DNA from: Bispira polyomma
Lineage: Eukaryota
Direction of reading: 5' to 3'
NCBI GenBank assembly: GCA_965649765.1
Contig: OZ287748.1
Location: forward strand, 68,324,001-68,388,000
Length of the DNA stretch: 64,000 nt
Of the stretch, positions 1 to 11,590 are shown piece after piece. The translations under genes and the position numbers were made by a program. The notes beneath the pieces were generated by a model. The model saw nothing but the letters and a program-made list of their open reading frames with translations. It did not search any database and had not been told where the DNA came from. Every line of letters starts with the position of its first letter. The first letter of the stretch is position 1.

Positions 1-135
1 AAAATTCTTTTGTTTTCATCCCCTGAACACTGAAGTGTGGTAGCCACTGAAGAAGTAACGTTTTCTGTAGCTGATGTTGTCGCATAGGTCAGGCACTGAG
101 TCTGGATACATAGCATGAAATCTGAAGAGATATTA

Positions 136-367
136 AGAGTACGGAATCTAAAATTCGCCACTGTACTCTGAAATTGGCCACCTAGGAAATGTTTTTTTGT
201 TAGAATTGTGGGTAATATTTGCTCAATGTGAGATTTTTGGGACTATTTTGCCTTACTTACCTAAAATTCCCATTATTTTTTCGCCATTTTTTTTTTTTTT
301 GATTTTGCTTAAATTTTAAGGGTGGCAAGCTTCAGATACAGTGGCGAATTTTAGATTTTCTTACTCT
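136..367. mobile_element. Small MITE-like element with imperfect ~45-bp terminal inverted repeats
   Basis: agagtacggaatctaaaattcgccactgta (from 136) is the near reverse complement of tacagtggcgaattttagattttcttactct (to 367); non-coding interior; TSD not clear. Confidence 0.7.
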
Positions 368-997
368 AGCTGAAATAGAGCAATAAATGTAGTCATCTAC
401 TTTAGTATCACATTATTCAACAATCCCAAAACCCAGGGAAAACATAAATTGCCTTTCTTCAAAATGAATACCGAGATATTTCTCGCCTATGAGAATAGAT
501 CTTACTGACAGCAGCTTTCCCTAATTACAAATTATTAAGTAAATTCCTATTGACTAGAGAGCAGCTACAAAGTCCCTTCCATATCTATAATCGAGTTGGT
601 TACCTCTACACCACCACCCCCACTAGTGATTAATCACAGTAGGCAGTAATTGTATTGTATTATGGATTTAAAAAAAATCACCATACACAATTAGATTAAT
701 ACATGAACGTGTTATCTGTAATAAAGGCCCTCCCTAATTATAGCTCCCCCCCCCCTTTTTTAAGAATTTTAAGAGATTCTTAGGGCAGTAAATATTAATA
801 TTTCACTCAAATATAAATAGAAAATTGGTAAAACTTGCCTCCAGGCAGTATTTACAATGTTAAAAATAGTCTCTCCTATGAGACAATTGTATGATTATGC
901 AAATAAGCGTGTAAAATTCATTCACATTTGCATGGTTCAGCGTCCAGATAGTCTATACATATTGCTATGATTTTTAACACTATTTAACACCCCCTCC

Positions 998-1028
<31 letters not shown>

Positions 1029-1123
1029 GTATCAACATTGTTATCTTCAGTAATACCACCCCTTCAAGAGAAAAACTCACAAAAGCCCCCGGGGCGTATA
1101 TTACAGACATTATTACAGTAGTT

Positions 1124-2535
1124 TTACCTTCTATTTGCCTCCATCTTGAAATGTAGGCCTATCCTATCTTGTATACGTTCACCAGTATGCTGCAAGCAAT
1201 CGGTCAGTGAAACAGGTGGCAGGTATGTTTTTCTCCCAAGTTTATCGTAGCCCACATACTCTAACTTATTTAGTTTATTATTTGAGGAGGGAGGAGTGGC
1301 GGCAAGTCTACATGGAGTGGTTTCGTCAAGTCTCCCTCTAAGATCAAAGGGGGCTGGCAGAAAGCTGTGGAGATATTCTTTATATTCATTCAAGCCTTTC
1401 ATCTCGATATCTGCAACAGCAGCATTGCCTTCCTCTTCTTTTCTCTTTGCATCCGGGTAAGACTTAGTCCAGTCCTGTACAGATTGACCTTCACTGTTCA
1501 TCATCATGTTTCCCTCTGCATTGTTATAATTACATTCAAATCGGTGCACAGGAACATTAGATCTATTTACTATCTGATCTTCAGGGTCTGGTTTCAACTT
1601 TTTGCCTCCCTTGATAGAGTCACAGTTGACCTGGTTTTGACCTCGAGGCAGGTACGAAGGACACTTCAGTTGCATGGTTCTAAGATCCACACCATAGCTC
1701 TTACTTGGTGGCCAACAAGGCGAAGTACCTTGCATAGTCTCTCTGGAACATGGCATTTGAGTTTGCTTGCATTTAGATGATATTTTTGGAGGGCAGGTTG
1801 GCATTTGTTCTTTTGTTGCTTCATTATCTGCGGAATGGCTTGGTAATGTTGCAGTCAAAAGCTCCGTACTTTTACGAAACTGGTAAATACCCTTGTCATT
1901 ATTCATCACAGCAGCAGTTTCTTTAGCTGCTATTTCATCAGTTTTACAACCACTGACTTCTCCATTTTCAGTTCCTGAGGCATCAATTGTCCCACAAGCA
2001 GGGGGTGGAAGAAAACCAAGTGCTTCTCTCATCAGCAAAAGTTTCTCCTTATTTGTGGCGTCGTTTTCAAGAATCTCTACTAGTCTTTGAAAGGGATACT
2101 GGTCCAAATCAATACCCAAATGTTTGGCTGAATCAGAGCTGCTAAACAACTCCAGATCCTTGATTAATCTGTACAACTCCTCAAACCTAAACTCTGAAAA
2201 TACTGATGGGTGTTCAAGATAATTCATGAGTAATGCCCTTAATGGGGCCCTTTTGCCATTTTCTTGATTTTTGCTCGACAGAAGACACAGCTTTGCCAAA
2301 GTTGGATTAATATTGTATTTGATGTTGGTCTTCTCAACAGGGTAAGATATGTTATTCTTTGTGCTGTTTTGTTCAGTGTATTTTGCCATATTTCTATCGG
2401 GGCTGAATATATCATCGTATTCTTTGGTTTTCTCAAAGTGATCTGGAAAGGTTTTGTTATAAAAAGGTTCTTCATACAGGTCCTTGTACATTTCTTGAAG
2501 ACTCTCTCTTGTTCTTTCTGATAGCAGCGCCCTGC
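1124..2535 (-). CDS. Unknown gene A, terminal exon 4 (helical region followed by long low-complexity C-terminus)
   Basis: 455-aa ORF 1124..2491 is open upstream to acceptor tcgacag|GC at 2535; phase 1 matches the exon-3 donor. No family recognised. Confidence 0.75.
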
Positions 2536-3106
2536 CTGTCGATTATAAAGAACATACGTTTTTTTATGAACAGCAGTTATAATTCCCATCAATAACTGTT
2601 ATATAAGGAAAGAATAGAGAGGTTAAATAATGACAACACCCTTATCCTTTAATATCTTTATTCCAATGTCATTAAATTGTAGAAGTCCACATGTCTACCC
2701 CAAGGTCCTAAATTAGGCTCTAAAAATCTGACTCAATACCAATAGGACCCTACCTTCTCTACAAATATTGTCTCTATATTCAAAACTGCTTACATCTACT
2801 CCCATTTGCTGTTTTGTTTCTAGAAAGTTGAGCCATACATACTACACTTACATGTACTATAATGCAGTAGTATCAAAACATCTAATATCCAAATATTTGA
2901 TTTGATCCATTGCCTTTGACCCTGGCAAATTTATATTTTACTCTTTGTTTTGTACTATTTGTCTATTTTATTACATTATCCTTCTATTTTAAGAACTGAA
3001 CAAAATCTTTCATTTGAAATATGATAATACAGACTCTACTGTAATCACTAAAAATATTAGTAGCCTGAGGATGATGTCTACAAATCACCGCTTTTCAGTT
3101 ACATAC

Positions 3107-3216
3107 CATTATCATCCAGGCGATTTGGATCATTTCTTGGAAACACTTCATGTTTGCAGTTGTGTGAGAAATAAGGCATAATAGGAGAGCCATCGAACAC
3201 AGTGAGACCATAAGGA
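3107..3216 (-). CDS. Unknown gene A, exon 3 (SPYGLTVFDGSPIMPYFSHNCKHEVFPRNDPNRLDDNG)
   Basis: Acceptor catttcag|T at 3216 inside the terminal minisatellite unit; donor AATG|gtatgt at 3107; 110 nt, phase 2 in and phase 1 out, fitting both neighbours. Confidence 0.6.
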
Positions 3217-3665
3217 CTGAAATGATGTATGTTGTAAATATAGTCATCAAACATACTGAGGCCATAAGGACTAAAACGATGTCTGTTGTAAATATAGTCA
3301 TCTAACACAGTGAGGCCATAAGGACTGAAATGATGTATGTTGTAAATATAGTCATCAAACACAGTGAGACCATAAGGACTGAAATGATGTATGTTGTAAA
3401 TATAGTCATCAAACATACTGAGGCCATAAGGACTAAAATGATGTATGTTTTAAATATAGTCATCAAACACAGTGAGACCATAAGGACTGAAATGACGTAT
3501 GTTGTAAATGTAGTCATCAAACACAGTGCGACCATAAGGACTGAAATGATGTATGTTGTAAATATAGTCATCAAACATACTGAGGCCATAAGGACTAAAA
3601 TGATGTATATTTTAAATATAGTCTTCAAACACAGTGAGGCCATAAGGACTGAAATGATATATGTG
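3196..3665. repeat. 54-bp minisatellite, ~8.7 copies, with 162-bp (3-unit) higher-order structure
   Basis: Unit aacacagtgagaccataaggactgaaatgatgtatgttgtaaatatagtcatca starts at 3196, 3250, 3304, 3358, 3412, 3466, 3520, 3574, 3628; units 2, 5, 8 share the variant catactgaggcc...gactaaaa. Confidence 0.97.
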
Positions 3666-3687
3666 GATATGTCGTGACAGAAACTCT

Positions 3688-3767
3688 TATCTGACAAGAT
3701 TTGAAATTCTGTCGACAGAGACTCCAATTGGAATATCTGTTGACAGAATTTCAAATCTTGTCAGATA
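3688..3767. repeat. 80-bp near-perfect palindrome centred on ccaattgg
   Basis: tatctgacaagatttgaaattctgtcgacagagactccaa / ttggaatatctgttgacagaatttcaaatcttgtcagata: 40-bp arms, 3 mismatches; partial extra arm at ~3781-3818. Confidence 0.9.
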
Positions 3768-4396
3768 TATTTGACATAAATCCCAATTGGAATCTCTGTC
3801 AACAGAAATTCAAATCTTCAGTAACATTAAAATTAATAATAACAATAGTTACTTATCCAGGGTAACATTATACAATACACTGCTTATTTAAATATTGTTT
3901 AATGGAACAATCACTGGCCATATATCATGGCAGTTACGTGATAGATATATTATGTTAATGGGGACAGCTGCACTCTTTTATATAATAACATAAAACCGCT
4001 TTCGTCAGTTACCAACTTCCATATAAGGATATTAACTAACTCTTACCTTGACTCGACAAGAACCGCCAACATACATTACCTTGTATATACACATATATAA
4101 CATTTCATTTGGAAGTCGGGTCCCCAAATCATAAGCAAATGGTTAGAATTCGGGTCCCACTTTAAAATGACATGAATACATTATTTTTTATTTGAAGAAA
4201 ATAAATAGATGTCGGGCCCTTGATATATATATAGCATACACTAACTGGGTAATATATGTATGCCAAATCTTAACCTCCTGCTAAAGTTTACCTAATTACC
4301 CAAGCTCATCAGCCACTGACTTAAAATCCAAGGAAGAAATAACACTTTTCTTTTTTGAAGTTGATTAAAGGTTATTTATGCATTCCAGAGTATTCC

Positions 4397-4608
4397 AGAG
4401 TAGGCCATGAGGACTGAAATTATGTACAAGTATAAAAAATATAGTCATCACACAGAGTGAGGGCATATGGACTGAAAATATGTACAGGTATATATAAATA
4501 TAGTCATCACACAGAGTAAGGCGATATAGCCTGAAATTATGTATGTTGTAAACATAGTCATCAAACACAGTGAGGCCATATAGACTTAAATTATGTATGT
4601 TGTAAATA
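4397..4608. repeat. Diverged second cluster (~4 copies) of the 54-bp minisatellite
   Basis: Recurring ggactgaaattatgta...aaatatagtcatcacacagagt units homologous to 3196-3665. Confidence 0.88.
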
Positions 4609-5195
4609 AAGATCCTTTTACACTTCCAAATTTATGACAACACTGCGCATGTCTGCTATGAATTTTGGGAAAAGGTTGCCCCCTCATTGCTTCAGTCAAT
4701 GGACACAATAAAAATAATGACTGTAAATGTGATTTTTTTTATATTCTTGCATTTTTGAACATTCAGGTGTCAAATAGTTACCTGTAAAATATTTAAGTTC
4801 AGCATATTGAATTCAAACACCTTTAGATTAATTGCAATACAAACTGACCATTGTTGTGCACAATAAGGGGCGTGTTTCACCCATAATGCATCGCATAAGC
4901 CCTTAACCGTAAAAAGGTCTATATAGTCAAAAATATAAGACAAACAAAGAAACTGAGAGGTATGTAATCCTCAGAAAATCATACCCGGACTCAAACTTTT
5001 GAAGAAAAAAAAAGTGAAAAAAATCCTACTCCCGCTATTTTATTCAGGTTTGCTCAAATACAAAGTAAATTCTTTCTGTGGCCCATACATCCACGAAGTT
5101 TTGTGTAAATTGGTTTAGTAGTTTTTTTATTTTTTTTTTATTTTATTTACAATTTATTTCAGACACTTGGTCCATATTACAAAAAATTACAGCCC

Positions 5196-5226
<31 letters not shown>

Positions 5227-5797
5227 AAAAAACAACATAAAATTAATAAAAGAGTGAAATATAGATATATAAAACTAAAGAAGTAAATACTATCGTTACA
5301 TGCTATGTATAATCCTATTGACAATTAAGACAACAGAAACAAATGGGACTATTAGTTTTGAGTATTTAAGATGTTGTGTGAGCATTCCTGTGCCTTAAAC
5401 TTAAGTTTTCCTGTTCCTTTTCTACTCCAATATCTCCTCTAATCTATAAAACAAGCCTTATCTGAAATATAAATTAGTTGTTCCAATATGGTCAAAACTA
5501 ATACTATTCATTGTATCTTGACAAAACTAAAATTACTAATAAATTGAAAAACTTACTTCAATCCAACCTTGAAACACGGTGGCAATCTGCAATACATGGG
5601 TGCACAAATTCAGGAATTTTAAATATATCTCTTTGTTTTCTCCATTATTTTGTACAAATTTTACTGTCAAAACAAGCTTTTCTTGCTGTGTTCAAGTACC
5701 AAAGGTAAAAGTACTGAAGGAACTTGGATAGTTATTTGGAATAAATATCACTGCAACCTCTTTGGTCATATTGTGATGGCCAGATTTTACAGGTGGA

Positions 5798-5905
5798 GGA
5801 AACCAGATTTACTGGCAAAAGAAACCAGAATTACTGGGTAAAGGAAACCGGATTTACTGGCAAAGGGAACTAGATTTACTGGCGATGGAAATCAGATTTA
5901 CTGGT
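5798..5905. repeat. ~20-bp tandem repeat, ~5 copies
   Basis: ggaaaccagatttactggcaaa and variants in tandem. Confidence 0.85.
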
Positions 5906-7292
5906 CGAGTAAAACAAGTACTATGTCCACTGAAAACCACTGAACTACCGCAAGTAAACCCTGAAAGAAGTTTTTTTTAATACAATAAATGTGTAGAATA
6001 TATGATGTTCTCTGGATATTAAATTCTTACTTTTGATACTAAAACTGACAAATATTTAAAAGTAAATGTTCCAACTGGCAGAGAGATAAAGAAAGAAAAC
6101 AAGAACACTGTCATGTCAGTTATCATCCACCATATTAACCTTAGTAAAGTAATATCACGATTAACAAATGTATTGTTTAATACAATTCATAACAGAGCCA
6201 ACGCACATGTCTGGAGGCATATTAAACCTGATATATACTATGTACAGAAAGCCTGAAATTCAATGTGCAACAGTGCCAACTAGTGTACTGCAGTAATCAG
6301 CAATTTTTTATTTATCTATATTGCCGTAATTATTTCTTATAATAGAAGTGTTTTAATAATGAACTGAAAAACATTAATGCCCCTTTGACCTTCAAGCAGT
6401 GGTCAAAAATCAAATCTGACCTGCTTAAACTTTTCTCATCCCATGATTTCCTAGAAGTTGGTTTCACATCTCTAAATTCTTGGACCAATCATAAGCAAGA
6501 TATAGAAGGGTCTTAAAGTATCGAGAGACAGCCATTTAATCTTAACAGAGGGGTTAAACATCAAATCTCAACTGCTCCAAAGATGCCGAGACCATGATTT
6601 CCTATTAGATGGTTTTTACATGCCACAACCTGTAGGACCAATAATAAGCTATGAGGGCATTTAAGTACATTGTACTTGTATGGACAAACCCATATGACCT
6701 TGAAAAAGAGGTCATGACAACTTAGACCATGGATCCTATGACATTGGAAGCATATGATAAAGAAGGAGTTGGTTGAAACCTTTCAAAGGAGACTTGAAGC
6801 AGTGGTTACAGAGATATTGGCTAAAAACAACAACAATGAATGGCGTACAGGTGCTAGAAAGAGAGGTAAAAGGTCTTCTATTTTAAAAATAGCATGCGTA
6901 AACTAGGTCAAAAACGTGCAAAACACACACATACACAGCATACATTTTATAGTATGCAAAAATATTATATTTTTTTTTCAGTCCATGCAAAAATTAACGA
7001 GTACGCAAAAATTAATAATGATGACACATTTGTTTTCACATACACCTGATCATTTTGTCGACAGCCGCTGTATTTAAAAGCTGTCAACATGTAAGGCTGC
7101 ATCTGGTTCTCACTGTAAAATAAAAGTTGGTGAAAAGTTATGTATGACTAAAACATTACATTCTTATGTTACTTCAGAGACCCAAAAGAGGCCAACAGCT
7201 TTTCTATAATATCTGGAGCTGTGTGTTTATCAAATGTCTTGAAAATAACTTACACTCATGCTTAAACTGAAATATCCATGTACAGTTGAAAC

Positions 7293-7660
7293 TAGGGGTG
7301 CGACAGTAGCAAAAATGAGCGTCCGGGATACCGTTTGTCAAAAACCGTTCCGATTCCGGGATACCGCAAACAAAATAAACCCAAATACTGCCAATCGAAT
7401 TGACCCTCAAGAACCTGAAGTATGCAAAACCAATCAAAACAACATGTGCGGTTTACCCAAAAATGACTAAAACGTAATAAAAACTCAAAATTCAATAATT
7501 TGCCAACATAAAATCTATTTTTATGAATCAAAACATATAGTTTCTTATTCGTTTGCAGTAAAAAGCCTGCATATTTAAAATACTAGTATGAACTTTTGTA
7601 GTCGGTCGGTACGTAAAATGGTCCCGTAACAAAAACGCCAACAGTACCAACGCAGCCCTA
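7293..7660. mobile_element. Non-autonomous hAT-type MITE (368 bp) in intron 2 of gene A
   Basis: Perfect 8-bp TSD gttgaaac (7285-7292, 7661-7668); termini TAGGGGTGCG / CGCAGCCCTA (1 mismatch). An 8-bp TSD with short TAG-starting TIRs is characteristic of hAT. Confidence 0.88.
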
Positions 7661-7906
7661 GTTGAAACCATTTTAGTCGAAACTCAAGAAATATCTTGAT
7701 ATAAGCAGGATTTTCACCTGACAGGGTTTATTTTAAAAGAAGAAATTTTTGTTTTTTTTTGTGAAACTACAAATGTTTCTCAAAGTAAAAGGAAAATTGT
7801 ATGAACACCTGTGTTATTCTTAAACAGATTTAAGTGATAAGAACAATATAAAGATGTGATTGCCATTAGTTTTAATGCAAGGCAAGGGACTCTAATATGT
7901 ATTACC

Positions 7907-8125
7907 CAGTAAAACTAATTCTGTAATATGTAAAAATTAGTAAAACTAATTCTCCAATATATGTAAAACCCAGTAAAACTAATTTTCTTATATGTAAAGC
8001 CAGAGAAAACAATATTTTTGTATATGTAAAACCAGTGAAACTCATTTTCTAATATGTAAAAGCAATTGATACTAATTCTAATATGTAAAATCCATTAAAA
8101 CTAATTCTCTAATATATGTAAAAAG
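7907..8125. repeat. Degenerate ~30-bp AT-rich tandem repeat, ~7 copies
   Basis: cagtaaaactaattctxtaatatgtaaaa recurring. Confidence 0.85.
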
Positions 8126-8282
8126 CCAGTGAATTTAAAATTTTTGCAGCTCTCAGCTGAATGTCTGAATACCAACAAAAAACAAAAGTTCACATTACTA
8201 TTTAGACAAGGCACCACTGAAGTGTTTCTGGCCTCTGCTCACAAAGAGATCCTTGGCCCTTTTTTTGCCAAGAAAGGACAAC

Positions 8283-8360
8283 CTGCCAATGCCCCCATAC
8301 TCTGTGGGGTTTTCACCCCAAGTCTTACCACCCAGTGCTGCCACATCCTGAGACTGTAGC
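8283..8360 (-). CDS. Unknown gene A, exon 2 (LQSQDVAALGGKTWGENPTEYGGIG)
   Basis: Strong acceptor ttcttgtttttgtgttccag|G at 8360; GC-richer 78-nt block; weak donor GGCAG|gttgtc, phase 2-2. An internal GGTG|gtaaga donor is an alternative. Confidence 0.55.
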
Positions 8361-8869
8361 CTGGAACACAAAAACAAGAATAGCCTTTGAAAAAAGATCG
8401 CAATATGAGCTTTAATATGCTTTTTTGTTTCCAAAAAATTCATTCAAGTATTATTCGAGTTTAAAGTAGGAACAAAACGGGTAAGATTACTTGTTAAATG
8501 GATAAACTGTGTACATTTTAAGTTACTGTCCACTAAGCTGTCCACCGTCTACTAAGCTGTCCACCCCCTGAAAATTCTGTACAATAAAGAGGTGATTTTC
8601 AACTACTAGAATAAAATATAAAAGCTCTGCTCATTTTAAATTCAAATGTTCAACTGTTAGATTGTTTGCATGAGAATTCCTGACCATTCTGACGACCACC
8701 ATATTATTATTAAGTGAATATGGAATTTCACACATAAAATGCATGTCTTCTGTTCAAAATATACTTATTAGGATTTCCAAAATAGTTCACATTGGAGATT
8801 ATTTCAGAGAATTGGTTTTTAAAGCCACACATATATCTTCTATCAGATATAAAAGCAATCTCTACAAAC

Positions 8870-9036
8870 CCAATAAATGGTATAGTGATTCTCTGTTTAT
8901 GTTCCGGAGAGTGTAAATCACTGGAGACATATGTAGGTGAAATCTTCCTCGTTGGTCCCTCATTCCTCACTCGAACTTTACCACCAGCTCTTGTTGATTT
9001 TGGCGTCAGCGGCGGAAGTAGCAAGTTGGTAGCCAT
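8870..9036 (-). CDS. Unknown gene A, exon 1 (MATNLLLPPLTPKSTRAGG...ITIPFIG)
   Basis: ATG at 9036 (aatATGG context) in a CpG-containing block; donor ATTGG|gtttgt, phase 2. Four-exon total 1767 nt = 588 aa + stop. Confidence 0.6.
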
Positions 9037-11590
9037 ATTCGGGAGGCTGTAAGCTACATTGATAATAGAAAATAATCTTGGTGATTGCTATATCCTACAT
9101 TTTCACACTGATTTTGAGTCTTATCACCAATCAGGGTATTTAATATGTGTGTTCCCTCGTAGGAAACACATCGTAAAGCTTTCCATAGAGATTGGTCAAT
9201 TCTTCTACGTCACTGTATATTGATAACGTTGTGCCACATCTATAATTTACAGTATTGTGTACGTCACGAACTCTGGGGTTATTTGCAGGATTTTTTAGTG
9301 CGAGAAATAACTATGTACTATTTGATAAATCATAGTTGTGGATACACATCCAAAAATAACTCATGATATTGAGCCATTTTATTTACTTACTATATTCAAA
9401 GTGTAATACATTGGAAAGATAACCAATCACTTTAAAATACAGTTTTGAAAAAGCGATGTGTATTAGCCTTGAAATCCCAATTTGCCAATATAGAAACGTC
9501 AACGGAAAATACGTGTTGATATAAATTAGCCCCATTATGGAAATGTGATTCAAAGAGAAATCCCATTTTCCTGTTAATATAATCAAACCAAGCGAATTAG
9601 TCACTATTGTTATTAAACTTTTCATCAGATTACAGAATTTATTAGGAAAACAGTTGTGATTTGTGTGATGTTTTAAGGTTTTTAGTTGCGTACATGGACT
9701 TTACATTGGGCACTCTTTTAATTTACTTAGCCAGGAGGTTAATAGCGTTTTCACTCAATTGGGGTATTTTATATCTACTATATATCACCTATTATTTCAT
9801 ACATTTTACTGACTTTTTCGGTCACCTTACTTAAAAGGAGCTAGAACCTTAACCTAATGTTAAACTTAGTTAAAGGTAACCTTCAAGTGAATATAACTTA
9901 AACTTAATGTCCACACTTAAACTTAGTTAAAGGTAACATTAGAGTAAACAATGTTAACTTAACAGTATAAAATACCATTAAACGTAATTTAAGTTAACCG
10001 TAACTGAGTACGGTGGCCTTAAACTCAGTTTGTAAATAGCTTACTATTGATAACAACGGTTATAATCTACAAGTAGATCTGTAATTTAGTTCAAGTGATG
10101 ATTACCTAACTAAGGAATAGATATGCACTAACAGGTATATGAACTAGCTAGATTGTTTGCCAAAGTCCAAGCACACAAACAAATGTGTGTCATATTATTT
10201 TATGTGTAAATATATATTAAGATCGAACTGCTAAAGTTTGCAACGTAGCTGTAATTTAATTTGGAATTGAATCATTTATTTGGCAGATTGATTGATAGAG
10301 CTTTACCAAGATGATTAGGATACCGGGGTAAGCATTGGTATAATTGTTTAATTAATTAATCAGGATTTGTTTTTCATGAGAAGTTCAATCCAATTTGGCT
10401 ACTATTGTAACAATAGTTTCATCACTTGTAGTGTTTTTTTCACATAGCATTTTTTTTAAATATGTATGATTTAATTGTTGCAACAAGTAGTCAGGTTTAA
10501 ACAGATGTACAGCTATTTTCATTAAAATTTGTGCATTTATAAAAACTGAAGAAAAATAGTATACTACTTATTTATTTTGGTAAATTAACCTTTCGAAAGA
10601 TTATTTCAGGACAAATGTTGCTTGTTTGCTTACTTAATAAAATTAATTCAATGAAACAACTATATTACCTTACTCACTGAGACATGTTTTAGCAAAATGT
10701 TGTATTTGTGTGGGCTCTCCACAGTAATGTGTTATGTGGTTAACAATTTGTTTGTGGCTTTGGGAATCATAGATATTGGAATGTTTTCAATATTTTTTTC
10801 AAATGAGTCCCACACCTTGATCAGGGACTTTCCAATAAAATATGATTTCTCCACAAATATACATTTGAAAAATTTCGAAACAAGCTTCAAGTAATTCCAG
10901 TCAAGTTTGATAAATACCAATAGTCCAAAAGAAGTTTAAGAGGAGGGCCAGAAGCAAACATAAGGAGAACAAGATATATAATCTATAGTAGATTTAGGTG
11001 TCCTGGTGTTCTCACCTCAGTCGCAGCAAGATATACTCGCCATCAAAATACTAAAAACTAAAATAAAGAGTAATAATAATATCTGATTCAAGGGAGGGAT
11101 GGAGGGTGTTAAAAAGCATGTCTTGTTACCCCAACTCCCTGAATGCAGGTGAAGGAACTCTTACATATAATCACACCACACCCAAGGTGTACAGACAGCC
11201 ACACATATAGCCATTCATAACCATTCATCTTATCATTGTTTGATACGTGTGTCTGGTAGTCAGGGGGAGTGAAGTCTTGTGACCCCACAACCAGCTGGGG
11301 AGGAGTAGTTTAACATTTTGTATTGAGAAAAGAGGCCAGGTATGAGACCTGTACATAACCTTGCACTATTTATACCTAGACTGACACTGATTGCTCAACC
11401 CTCAGTTCATATTCATTCGAAAACAAACTTTATCTTTGTAAATTTATAGCATGATAGTATGTTTCAGTACTTGTTTGTTTCACTAGATCATTACATAAAC
11501 AAATATGAAATACTTATTTTTTATTTACCCCAAAAAAATATTTGTACAACTTTTTTTTTGTTTGTGACTCAGATTATCAGCCAGGACACA

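Noticed and set aside
1367-2521. Plus-strand ORFs 1367..1780, 1893..2090, 2264..2521
   Set aside because: Antisense shadows of the long minus-strand exon.
2536-2598. Stronger-looking acceptor tataacag| at 2595 for exon 4
   Set aside because: It introduces two in-frame TAA codons before the long ORF; the 2535 acceptor preserves the frame.
3196-3665. CRISPR-like regular array
   Set aside because: Units are contiguous with no unique spacers, there are no cas genes, and the context is eukaryotic; it is a minisatellite.
3302-3754. Repeat ORFs 3302..3754 (-), 3330..3677 (+), 3095..3301 (-)
   Set aside because: By-products of a stop-poor 54-bp unit; only the PYGLTVFD frame links by splice phase to neighbouring exons.
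7255-7267. Possible microexon tttcag|TTTAAGCATGAGT|gtaagt on the minus strand
   Set aside because: 13 nt would break the frame of the four-exon model; no independent support.
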